From the IMG/VR virus record IMGVR_UViG_3300032820_000005: 20,000 nucleotides of DNA, one strand, 5' to 3'. The position numbers and the translations under genes are program-made. The notes under the pieces were generated by a model that saw only the letters and a program-made list of their open reading frames with translations, did not search any database and was not told the DNA's origin. Positions 7,954 to 15,744 of this stretch are shown piece by piece (the first letter of the stretch is position 1; each line of letters begins with the position of its first letter). The stretch is from an uncultured virus (IMG/VR IMGVR_UViG_3300032820_000005) (lineage: Duplodnaviria; Heunggongvirae; Uroviricota; Caudoviricetes).

Positions 7954-9329
7954 CCTACACTACCTTCCATTTGTAGTTGAATTAATTTATTAAGTTCCAT
8001 TGCATATTCCATTGGCAATTCCTTGACCAACGGTTCTATAAAACCATTAACGATCATAGCTGATGCTTCCATTTCTGAAATACCCCTACTCATAAAATAA
8101 AATAATTGTTCTTCACCTATTTTGCTAACAGTAGCTTCATGCTCTATGTTGACTTGATCATTGTCTATCTCTATATACGGATATGTGTCAGATTGTGATT
8201 CTTCGTCTAATATCAATGCATCACATACTACGCTAGATTTTGAATTGTCCGCATTTTCACTAACTTTAACCAATCCGCGATAACTAGTTCTACCACCGCT
8301 TTTGCTAAGAGATTTTGATACAATTTTAGATGTAGTATTTGGTGCATTGTGTACAATTTTGCCACCAGCGTCTTGATGCTGATTTTTGCCAGCAAAGGCT
8401 ATTGACAAAACTTCACCGTGTGCGCCTTCTCCATTTAAATATACACTAGGATATTTCATTGTTACCCTACTACCCAAATTACCATCTACCCATTCCATTA
8501 CTGCACCTTCTTCGGCGATAGCTCTTTTGGTTACAAGATTGTATACATTATTAGACCAATTTTGTATAGTTGAGTATCGTACTCTTGAATCCTTCATGCA
8601 AATAATTTCGACTACTGCACTATGAAGCGACGCAGCTGAATAAGTTGGAGCCGTGCAGCCTTCCACATAATGTACTTGTGAACCTTCGTCGGCTATAATC
8701 AATGTTCTTTCAAATTGCCCCATATTTTCAGTATTGATGCGAAAGTATGCTTGTAACGGATAATCTATTTTAACTCCTGGCGGTACATAGATGAAACTTC
8801 CACCTGACCAAACTGCAGTATTCAATGCTGCAAATTTGTTGTCTAATGGCGGAATAACAGTACCGAAATATTTTTTAAAAATTTCTGGATGTTCCTTGAT
8901 GGCTGATTCTGGATCAGAAAAAATAACGCCCTGCCTGCTCAATTCTTCTTTCATATCATGATAAACAACTTCTGAATCATATTGACCGCCAGCACCAGCT
9001 AAGAATTTCTGTTCTGCTTCTGGAATACCCAACCTATCAAAAGTATTTTTAATGTCATCTGGTACATCATCCCAATCGGTGGCTGATTTTTCAGAGTGCG
9101 ATACATAATACCTTATTTGATCAAAATTCAATTCTGACAAATCTGCACCCCAATCCAAATCATTTTTCTCTAAAAATATTCTATATGAATTTAAGCGATA
9201 ATCCAACATCCATTGCGGCTCATTTTTCAAATCAGATATTTGCTTAATAGTGGCAGATGTTAAACCTTTATCAAATTGAATTTTTGGCTTGACATCATCT
9301 GAAAATCCGTATTTGTAGTTATCTAACAT
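7950..9329 (-). CDS. sufB: Fe-S cluster assembly scaffold SufB
   Basis: [100 protein letters not shown]. Confidence 0.97.
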   Translation of the reverse strand: MLDNYKYGFSDDVKPKIQFDKGLTSATIKQISDLKNEPQWMLDYRLNSYRIFLEKNDLDWGADLSELNFDQIRYYVSHSEKSATDWDDVPDDIKNTFDRLGIPEAEQKFLAGAGGQYDSEVVYHDMKEELSRQGVIFSDPESAIKEHPEIFKKYFGTVIPPLDNKFAALNTAVWSGGSFIYVPPGVKIDYPLQAYFRINTENMGQFERTLIIADEGSQVHYVEGCTAPTYSAASLHSAVVEIICMKDSRVRYSTIQNWSNNVYNLVTKRAIAEEGAVMEWVDGNLGSRVTMKYPSVYLNGEGAHGEVLSIAFAGKNQHQDAGGKIVHNAPNTTSKIVSKSLSKSGGRTSYRGLVKVSENADNSKSSVVCDALILDEESQSDTYPYIEIDNDQVNIEHEATVSKIGEEQLFYFMSRGISEMEASAMIVNGFIEPLVKELPMEYAMELNKLIQLQMEGSVG

Positions 9330-9338
9330 ATTATGGGA

Positions 9339-9364
9339 AATGGGCGCTTATATAAGCGCCCATT
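9339..9364. terminator. perfect 26 bp palindrome between hsp20 and sufB (terminator-like or RNA-processing hairpin)
   Basis: AATGGGCGCTTAT|ATAAGCGCCCATT, extendable via GGAAA/TTTCC; U-tail on the minus strand is short. Confidence 0.65.
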
Positions 9365-9371
9365 ATTTCCT

Positions 9372-9818
9372 TTATCCGTTTAGTATCTCTTTTTTTGTAC
9401 TAATTGGAATTTCTTGCGGTTTCTTAGATTCAGGAATGGCATTTAGTAAATTAATTGTCAACACTCCGTCAGCGAAAATCGCATCTTTGATTTCGATGGT
9501 ATCAGCTAACTTCCACTCAGTTTCAAAAGCGCGTGATGCTATACCCTTGTGTATATATTCACCATCATGTCTATCTTTGCTGCCTTTGACCGTCAGTTTA
9601 CCTATCTCATATAGTACACTGATTTCAGATTCAACAAATCCAGCTAAAGCAATCTCAATGATGATCTGACCGTCATCAGATTTGATTACATTATATGGCG
9701 GATAATTTGGTTTTGAGCCTGGCTTAAAAGTTTCCAATTCTTTGAATAAGCGATTGAAACCTAAGAAAAACGGATCGTATTTTTGATGGATTGATGAATC
9801 CATATTGAAAATTGTCAT
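9372..9818 (-). CDS. hsp20: small heat-shock protein (Hsp20/IbpA family)
   Basis: FFLGFNRLF, NYPPYNVIK, IEIALAGF, YIHKGIASRAF, DGVLTI, IPESKKPQEIPI. Confidence 0.95.
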   Translation of the reverse strand: MTIFNMDSSIHQKYDPFFLGFNRLFKELETFKPGSKPNYPPYNVIKSDDGQIIIEIALAGFVESEISVLYEIGKLTVKGSKDRHDGEYIHKGIASRAFETEWKLADTIEIKDAIFADGVLTINLLNAIPESKKPQEIPISTKKEILNG

Positions 9819-9872
9819 TTTGTTATCTCCTTAAAAAAGCAAGATATTGCGAATGTCTATAATAGACCATTC
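9819..9872 (-). promoter_or_regulatory. ROSE-like RNA thermometer in the hsp20 5' UTR
   Basis: Minus strand: hairpin GAATGGTCTATTATAGACATTC, then ATCTTGCT-TTTTTA-AGGAGAT with UUGCU opposite the AGGAG SD. Confidence 0.65.
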
Positions 9873-9876
9873 TTGT

Positions 9877-10044
9877 TTATATTTTTTTAGACAGTCTAAC
9901 TATTGTACCATCTAATACAGGGGCTGTCATTAACATCAGCCCCACTACTCCGAGTAGAAAAGCAATCATAGGCGAAAGATCACCCATTTCTGTACTACCC
10001 ACTGAACCCCAAACTGTAAAAAACCCTGTAACCAATCTAATCAT
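9877..10044 (-). CDS. small membrane protein (55 aa)
   Basis: MIRLVTGFFTVWGSVGSTEMGDLSPMIAFLLGVVGLMLMTAPVLDGTIVRLSKKI*. Confidence 0.7.
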   Translation of the reverse strand: MIRLVTGFFTVWGSVGSTEMGDLSPMIAFLLGVVGLMLMTAPVLDGTIVRLSKKI

Positions 10045-10047
10045 TAT

Positions 10048-10179
10048 CTAGTCTATCCATTGACCACTTTGTCTAAAGTGGTACAATCTATGTTTAAAAA
10101 TTTCAATCAATAATCCTAAAAGTGTATCCGATTCATACATAGCACCTGTTGTGCCAAGTATTAATCTGTATTTTGTCAT
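10048..10179 (-). CDS. small hypothetical protein (43 aa; alternative start 10194)
   Basis: MTKYRLILGTTGAMYESDTLLGLLIEIFKHRLYHFRQSGQWID*; tightly packed with neighbours. Confidence 0.7.
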   Translation of the reverse strand: MTKYRLILGTTGAMYESDTLLGLLIEIFKHRLYHFRQSGQWID

Positions 10180-10194
10180 TGACCTTTTTTCCAT

Positions 10195-10416
10195 TTATAA
10201 TCCTTCCAAATGACTAATCACTATATCCTGAACATATTTTTTGATTTCATCTTTATCTTCTGTATCAAGAAAATTACTTATCCTTACATGTAAACTCTCT
10301 CCCAAATCAATTTTCCCTTTGCCCTTGTTGTCTATAATTTCCCAAATCAATACAACAAGTGCACTGGCCATCATCATGAAAAGAGAAATTATTACAGCGG
10401 TAAAGAATGCATTCAT
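10195..10416 (-). CDS. N-terminal TM hypothetical protein
   Basis: Hydrophobic N-terminus; ATGA overlap with the upstream gene. Confidence 0.75.
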   Translation of the reverse strand: MNAFFTAVIISLFMMMASALVVLIWEIIDNKGKGKIDLGESLHVRISNFLDTEDKDEIKKYVQDIVISHLEGL

Positions 10417-10604
10417 GCCTCAAGAATATATCCATTTTCCTTATATTCTAATTTCTTGGTATAAAAATCAACACGGGTTTGATAATATTCCACTTTTTCT
10501 TTACCCTTTTCTTTGTCTGGATATATTCCTTGTTCTACTGCTTCTTTGATTCTACGTAAAAATCCACGTGCTAATATCAATTCGTATTTATCACTGTTGA
10601 TCAT
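10413..10604 (-). CDS. hypothetical protein
   Basis: Tight minus-strand packing. Confidence 0.7.
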   Translation of the reverse strand: MINSDKYELILARGFLRRIKEAVEQGIYPDKEKGKEKVEYYQTRVDFYTKKLEYKENGYILEA

Positions 10605-10893
10605 AATGAAATATTTCTTTATTTTTTTCTGCTATTTGCTTAAGATTTTCATCTGTGCTGCTTTCTATCGCACATCCCAAATGCATAGTAGGTGATAGTA
10701 AATAATCATATTCTGTATCCCATGTAGATTTATCACAAACGCTACATACCCATTTACTGCGTATACGCTCTACTCCAATATCTTCTCTAAATTTTCCAAT
10801 TCGCGAATTCAAAATTTTCTCTAATCGTGATCTTTCATTATTTGTCAATTCCCAAAGAAAATCAAGATCTAATTTTATGTCTAAATTGTCCAT
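10591..10893 (-). CDS. hypothetical protein with a possible Zn-binding CxxC...HxxC motif
   Basis: WVCSVCDKST...DYLLSPTMHLGC; AAGGA RBS. Confidence 0.75.
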   Translation of the reverse strand: MDNLDIKLDLDFLWELTNNERSRLEKILNSRIGKFREDIGVERIRSKWVCSVCDKSTWDTEYDYLLSPTMHLGCAIESSTDENLKQIAEKNKEIFHYDQQ

Positions 10894-10899
10894 AGTTCC

Positions 10900-11118
10900 T
10901 TATCCACGTTTTAAGTGTACTAGCCATTTTCCAAATCCCCAAACATCATAGATTATTCGGCTGATAGGTGGTAATTGACTAAATGTAAAATTGTCAGCTG
11001 GAATTCCATATATGGTTTCGATTCGCCAAAGGAGCCAACTCTTTTGGAATCGGCCTTTGGCGAATAAAAACCTACTATACCATAATAGCTCTATGGCTAC
11101 TTTTAAATTTTTAGTCAC
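10900..11118 (-). CDS. hypothetical protein (Trp-rich)
   Basis: GTG start overlapping the upstream stop; packing. Confidence 0.65.
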   Translation of the reverse strand: MTKNLKVAIELLWYSRFLFAKGRFQKSWLLWRIETIYGIPADNFTFSQLPPISRIIYDVWGFGKWLVHLKRG

Positions 11119-11329
11119 GTAACAATGTTCTAACCGTGTCTAGCGCATCCTCTTTATGAGCAATATCGTCAACTAATTTGTAAACCTCTGCTACTAAATC
11201 AATATGTTCACCAATGCCGACTGGATTTTCTAACAGAATATTCAAATTGGCTCTAGCTTTTTTAATTTCTGAATCAATAATTGAATCAGTGGCTTCTAAT
11301 AAATTTCTTCCTAACTCTTTCATACTCAA
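11111..11329 (-). CDS. conserved phage hypothetical protein (xxGIGEH family)
   Basis: KARANLNILLENPVGIGEHIDLVAEV motif, which I recall from marine phages; lies directly behind promoter copy 6. Confidence 0.8.
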   Translation of the reverse strand: MSMKELGRNLLEATDSIIDSEIKKARANLNILLENPVGIGEHIDLVAEVYKLVDDIAHKEDALDTVRTLLRD

Positions 11330-11355
11330 ACTTTCCTATTGTTTAATATACCTAT

Positions 11356-11397
11356 ATTATACCATATCTAGCTAGCCTTTGTCAAGGCTAATTTCAC
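11356..11397 (-). promoter_or_regulatory. sigma70-type early promoter, copy 6
   Basis: GTGAAATTAGCC-TTGACA(11380-11385)-18 bp ending TGG-TATAAT(11356-11361). Confidence 0.9.
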
Positions 11398-11398
11398 C

Positions 11399-11845
11399 TT
11401 AGTCGGTATCTTTCGTATTATTTTTCAACGGCGGGCCATTTTTCCCATTTTTAGCACCATTAGCGCTAATAGTGAAATTTCTAATATCGAAAAAGCTACT
11501 GACTGCACCACCTACTATACCTATTAGCACAAGCAGGATACGTTCAAAAAATGCCATTTCTCTTTCTATTGTGGTTTGATTTGTAAACCATCCAATCATG
11601 ACCAATACACCCATCATCATAACCAAGCCTACAACACCAAAAAATACTGCTCTCAATATTCCATGCTGAGCAGATAACTTCTCGTGCATAGCTAATTGCT
11701 CGGCAGAATCTCGATAATTCTCTTGGGAAACTTTAAGTCTATCTTCGACTTCTACTGTATGAGCGGTCAATTCCTCAATTTCTTTTTTAAGAAGTAAAAT
11801 CAGTTCATGATCAGATTCTATTTCATTGGTTAGATCTTCTGTCAT
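11399..11845 (-). CDS. coiled-coil + 2-TM membrane protein
   Basis: Acidic coiled-coil N-terminus; TM segments AVFFGVVGLVMMMGVLVMIGWF and ILLVLIGIVGGAVSSFF. Confidence 0.8.
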   Translation of the reverse strand: MTEDLTNEIESDHELILLLKKEIEELTAHTVEVEDRLKVSQENYRDSAEQLAMHEKLSAQHGILRAVFFGVVGLVMMMGVLVMIGWFTNQTTIEREMAFFERILLVLIGIVGGAVSSFFDIRNFTISANGAKNGKNGPPLKNNTKDTD

Positions 11846-12387
11846 TCTGTAAAATCACTCACTTTCGGATTATGAATATAATGTTTAGAATCTGGATCTA
11901 ATACATCCTTCCTATTGCAGGATTGACATAATAATCCTCTTACCATTTCTTTACATTTTCCATGCTTTTCTTCATAATCATGATCGTGATCTATAGTGCA
12001 ATATGCATAATCTACCCCTTCAATTAAATTTGAATCATCATAATACTGGGATCTTTCTTCAAAAAAAATAGGATCTACTAATTTTATATTACAATCAGGA
12101 TTGGCACAATGGCCGTTCTGTTTTTCCCACAATTCAATAAAATCAGATTTTGTAAAATTGTAACGATACTTCATCATGGCTATTCGATGTGCATCTGGGT
12201 GTTTGAGACGGTGAAGTTTAGTGCTTTTATTGTTCGATTCACGCCATTTTTCTGGATCTTTCGCACGATGCCTTAAAGCTGCAGCCGCAGCAAATTTTGG
12301 ATCGCGATTTTTTTGATATTCATTTTGCCACTCATTGCGTGCTTCTCTATTTGACCAATCAATAATACTACTACTCATCATCATCAT
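11842..12387 (-). CDS. endonuclease VII-family (His-Me finger) nuclease, putative homing endonuclease
   Basis: YRYNFT..DF..LWEKQNGHCANPDC...IDHDH...VRGLLCQSCN, with a basic helical N-terminus. Confidence 0.88.
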   Translation of the reverse strand: MMMMSSSIIDWSNREARNEWQNEYQKNRDPKFAAAAALRHRAKDPEKWRESNNKSTKLHRLKHPDAHRIAMMKYRYNFTKSDFIELWEKQNGHCANPDCNIKLVDPIFFEERSQYYDDSNLIEGVDYAYCTIDHDHDYEEKHGKCKEMVRGLLCQSCNRKDVLDPDSKHYIHNPKVSDFTE

Positions 12388-12565
12388 CTTTGAACTTCAA
12401 ACTTTTCTTAGAAAAATCACGATGCTTTTTTGGCTTTTTACCTTTGGCCTTTCTATGTGGATCTTTGAATTTCAAAATTTTATCCTTTTTGCGATTTCTC
12501 TGATTGTCATAAAACGTATCTTCAAGATCCTCTATATCCAAGTGATTAAGGTTTAATTTTGCCAT
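12371..12565 (-). CDS. small highly charged hypothetical protein
   Basis: AAGGAG RBS before MAKLNL; acidic/basic/acidic blocks. Confidence 0.7.
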   Translation of the reverse strand: MAKLNLNHLDIEDLEDTFYDNQRNRKKDKILKFKDPHRKAKGKKPKKHRDFSKKSLKFKDDDDE

Positions 12566-12570
12566 ATAGC

Positions 12571-12993
12571 TTACTCCTTTGTATGCCATCTGTTCATTAT
12601 ATTAGAATTATAATATTTTCTTGTACCATCTGAAAATCTTTCATCCAATACATTTTCATTAAATTGATACATTGTTTCTGTGTATCCTAAATCTCGTTTA
12701 TTCAAACAAAATTTTAGAATTTTAAAATCGAACTTGTCCTTGCCTAATTCTTCTATCTCTTGATTCAATTCATTACACGATCCTGTATATGTTTTCCAAT
12801 CTGACTCTTTTTTGACATGCTTTCTATTGACTCTACCTTTGACCTTTCTTCTCTCTGTAAACACCATTTGCTTTTTGCCTATATATGACCTACCTGAATC
12901 CTGGCGAGTTATGCGATAGACAAAACCAAAAAAGGTAGTAGGATCAAAATTTTCACCTAACTGATTTAAATCAGGTTTCCAGTGTCCGTACAT
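12571..12993 (-). CDS. GIY-YIG family nuclease (short T4-like phage type)
   Basis: FFGFVYRIT...GRSYIGKK, KESDWKTYTGS, LGYTE, YYNSNI. Confidence 0.88.
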   Translation of the reverse strand: MYGHWKPDLNQLGENFDPTTFFGFVYRITRQDSGRSYIGKKQMVFTERRKVKGRVNRKHVKKESDWKTYTGSCNELNQEIEELGKDKFDFKILKFCLNKRDLGYTETMYQFNENVLDERFSDGTRKYYNSNIMNRWHTKE

Positions 12994-13378
12994 TTGCGCC
13001 TACAAGAAAACTTGGTTGTTTTTCATCTTTGTCATATGGCCTAGTATTTTCAGCCATAAAAAGTTTATCATCTAAAAATTCTTCAGGCATCATAACTTCA
13101 AAAGTGTAATGTGGTTTGTGAAAAGGTTCATCAGTATTTTCAGCAGTCGGGTGAATTTCGATTTTCCAAGAATTATAAACGTCTTGTTCTATATACTTAA
13201 TTGTTCGCATATAGGTATACCAAGAATTTTTAGAACCGAAATTTGTAGCATTTTTGGTAAGATGTCGATAGCCATACAAAGGATCATAATTATGCGCGAC
13301 GGCCATCAATTCTGTTTTTAATATTGGGTCGTTTCGTTCCCATCTCTGTCTATATTTATACATATCACTATCAAACAT
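12971..13378 (-). CDS. hypothetical protein
   Basis: ORF track 12971..13471; GGAG RBS supports ATG 13378 (MFDSDMY), which avoids overlap with the IscA gene. Confidence 0.7.
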   Translation of the reverse strand: MFDSDMYKYRQRWERNDPILKTELMAVAHNYDPLYGYRHLTKNATNFGSKNSWYTYMRTIKYIEQDVYNSWKIEIHPTAENTDEPFHKPHYTFEVMMPEEFLDDKLFMAENTRPYDKDEKQPSFLVGANVRTLET

Positions 13379-13403
13379 TGTAAAACTCCAAAATGAATGT
13401 TTT

Positions 13404-13730
13404 TTATATACTAAAGCTTTCACCGCATCCACAAGTTGAATTAGCTTTAGGATTACTGACTGAAAAACCATTCCCCATTAAACTATTATCATAGTCAATA
13501 TCAGAGCCAGCTATATACAAAAAAGACCTTTTATCAGTAATGACAGGAAAATCTTCTTTCCAGAAAACTACATCGCTATCATCCCACCAATCAAATGAAA
13601 GATTGTATTGAAATCCAGAACATCCACCACCTTCCACTTTAATTCTCAATCCACAATCTTCTTTTTCTTCACCCAATCCACTTCTCAGTCTAATTGCTGC
13701 AGTGACGGCCTGTTCAGTTATACTTAACAT
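13404..13730 (-). CDS. iscA: A-type Fe-S carrier (IscA/SufA/ErpA, HesB family)
   Basis: LRIKVEGGGCSGFQY, IDY...GF.VSNPKA, TCGCGESF with all three Cys; AAGGAG RBS. Confidence 0.95.
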   Translation of the reverse strand: MLSITEQAVTAAIRLRSGLGEEKEDCGLRIKVEGGGCSGFQYNLSFDWWDDSDVVFWKEDFPVITDKRSFLYIAGSDIDYDNSLMGNGFSVSNPKANSTCGCGESFSI

Positions 13731-13887
13731 TAAAACTCCTTGAGAATGTTATCACTAAATTTATTTTCTTTCTTTTTTGTTTTTACCACAGTCCTTTTCG
13801 GTGATTTACTATTATTCACTTTCTTTTTAGCTTCCTTTTCTTTTGTTTTTTGAGCAGCTATGAAAGAAGCTACTATTCTAGCTATCA

Positions 13888-14676
13888 TTAGTTTTTAATC
13901 CTTTGACGTTTGACTTCCGCCCAACTAGTTACTAATAGATTTTTCAAATCTACTCTTAGCTCATTACCCCAATAATTATATGTGACTTCCCATGGCTTCA
14001 ATCTAGTATTATAAAGCTTAATATCATCTAACCTACCAGCATATCCATCGCTGGCAAATTTTATCAATTGGTTTCTAACTGGAGTTCTAGGTGTATGGAT
14101 AACTCTTACGCATTGCGTGTTTATCCATATTGAAATTCCATTATCCTCCGATCTTAATACCATATGTTGAAAATCAAATGCGCGCACATTACGTATTCGT
14201 ACTTCTCTCTGTCTATATTCCACTAATACAATTCCACGAAATTCATCATCACCATCTTTAAAATAAGTAACTCGTAAATCTCCCCATTCTACTACTATAC
14301 CATCAACTATTTGCCCTTGATCCATTTCAACTTCATCTGGATCTACTGCATGAGTACCTATACCAAACTCAAAATCTAATGTCCAATTTTCAAACTCCTT
14401 ATCAGTATATTTAGCTGGTATCTGAAATAATGTAGTCGTATTCTTATCTCCGTGTAAATGAATTACTCCTGATTCTGGATTCTGAAACGATCTATCAGGT
14501 GGTATCCACCTAATTTTACCTTGTGTAAACGCTTCAGCCCCTAATTTTCTATCAATTCTCCAACTTTCCTTATTCTCAAAATCCCAAAAATATAACAAAT
14601 CTCTACTGACATAACGATCTGCTGAAAAGACAGTAGTCGCAACCAACATCATGACAAAACATAATAGTTTATTCAT
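13888..14676 (-). CDS. secreted LamG/ConA-like jellyroll protein
   Basis: Signal peptide MNKLLCFVMMLVATTVFSA; LLYFWDFE start and YAGRLDDIKLYNTRL end of a LamG-like fold; C-terminal VDLKNLLVTSWAEVK. Confidence 0.8.
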   Translation of the reverse strand: MNKLLCFVMMLVATTVFSADRYVSRDLLYFWDFENKESWRIDRKLGAEAFTQGKIRWIPPDRSFQNPESGVIHLHGDKNTTTLFQIPAKYTDKEFENWTLDFEFGIGTHAVDPDEVEMDQGQIVDGIVVEWGDLRVTYFKDGDDEFRGIVLVEYRQREVRIRNVRAFDFQHMVLRSEDNGISIWINTQCVRVIHTPRTPVRNQLIKFASDGYAGRLDDIKLYNTRLKPWEVTYNYWGNELRVDLKNLLVTSWAEVKRQRIKN

Positions 14677-15025
14677 CTTTTTGTGGATCTTTGGTAGTTT
14701 TAGACCAATAGTTCCTTTTATGCACTGCTATTCCATTATACCTTTTGGGTGTTATATGCTTACGTTGACCACTCTTATTTGGATTATAGGTATTTCTACC
14801 TAGTCCTAATTGTGGGTTGCGATAACGCAGCACATTTTGGTTTTGACGCAAACGATGACGATTTTTCCAATTCCATTCCGCTTGTCTAGCATCTAATTCT
14901 TTTTTAGCTTCTTGCTGTAAGGATTCTTCTACAAGAAATTTTGGTTTTATTGCACAACCTGTAGACATTATTGCTAACCACATAACAATTATCCATACAC
15001 AAAAACCTGTTATATATTTAATCAT
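14669..15025 (-). CDS. predicted lipoprotein, basic
   Basis: Hydrophobic leader ending MSTG-C. Confidence 0.7.
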   Translation of the reverse strand: MIKYITGFCVWIIVMWLAIMSTGCAIKPKFLVEESLQQEAKKELDARQAEWNWKNRHRLRQNQNVLRYRNPQLGLGRNTYNPNKSGQRKHITPKRYNGIAVHKRNYWSKTTKDPQKDE

Positions 15026-15028
15026 TTT

Positions 15029-15223
15029 TCACCACTCTTGCTCTGAAAGTTCCTTTGTTTGTAGTTTAGACGTTTTCTTTATCCATTTCCCATACGAAAT
15101 AACACATATATGCCACCAATCCTTTATGAATTTTTGGTGTATTTTGTGCATATTGATTGGTAGATTTTTCTTTTTTCGTTCATCACAATACCGAAAAATT
15201 TTATCTTCAATATATTCAATCAT
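15029..15223 (-). CDS. hypothetical protein
   Basis: Packing; ATGA overlap with the upstream ORF. Confidence 0.65.
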   Translation of the reverse strand: MIEYIEDKIFRYCDERKKKNLPINMHKIHQKFIKDWWHICVISYGKWIKKTSKLQTKELSEQEW

Positions 15224-15399
15224 TCCATCATACCTTCATAAATTTCTTTTCCAGCTATTTCATATTCATTTTCTACTAATGGACGCACTGTTGAAATTTT
15301 CATAGTTGGATATTGCAATGAAGCACATCCTTGGCATACCAAGAATATAAACCACCACACAAGGCCAAACAAAATCCAAATCAAAATTCTATTTTTCAT
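15220..15399 (-). CDS. predicted small lipoprotein (59 aa)
   Basis: Manual translation MKNRILIWILFGLVWWFIFLVCQG-CASLQYPTMKIS...EGMME*. Confidence 0.65.
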   Translation of the reverse strand: MKNRILIWILFGLVWWFIFLVCQGCASLQYPTMKISTVRPLVENEYEIAGKEIYEGMME

Positions 15400-15646
15400 T
15401 TGCTTCTTTTCTACATTCTAATTCTTTTTTAAGTTCAGCTATTTGTGTCTGTTGTTTAGATATTTTATTCTCTAATTCATATTGTACCTTCTGTCTGTAG
15501 TTCAACTCATCCTCGAAAACAGCTGATTGATCACTGACAAGCTTATCACTCTGATAATCACAACCAACCACATGAAATAATACTGTTGCCAAACCACAGA
15601 CAGCCCAAACTGACGTAGCAATTAATTTAATATACATAACAAACAC
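15389..15646 (-). CDS. predicted lipoprotein with coiled coil
   Basis: Leader ending HVVG-C, then heptad repeats; AGGAG RBS (ATG 15637 is the likely start). Confidence 0.7.
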   Translation of the reverse strand: MFVMYIKLIATSVWAVCGLATVLFHVVGCDYQSDKLVSDQSAVFEDELNYRQKVQYELENKISKQQTQIAELKKELECRKEANEK

Positions 15647-15648
15647 TC

Positions 15649-15744
15649 CTAGCTAGATATACCAACAATAAAAAGGATGAGAAATATAAATGCCCATCCT
15701 ATAACCCAAATACTAACACTATGACCTAATATATTGAATCTCAT
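15649..15744 (-). CDS. 31 aa single-TM peptide
   Basis: MRFNILGHSVSIWVIGWAFIFLILFIVGISS*; TAATG coupling to the upstream gene. Confidence 0.55.
   Translation of the reverse strand: MRFNILGHSVSIWVIGWAFIFLILFIVGISS

Noticed and set aside
13733..13888. Two tiny basic ORFs (23 and 29 aa)
   Set aside because: Plausible by packing, but too short and low in complexity to support.
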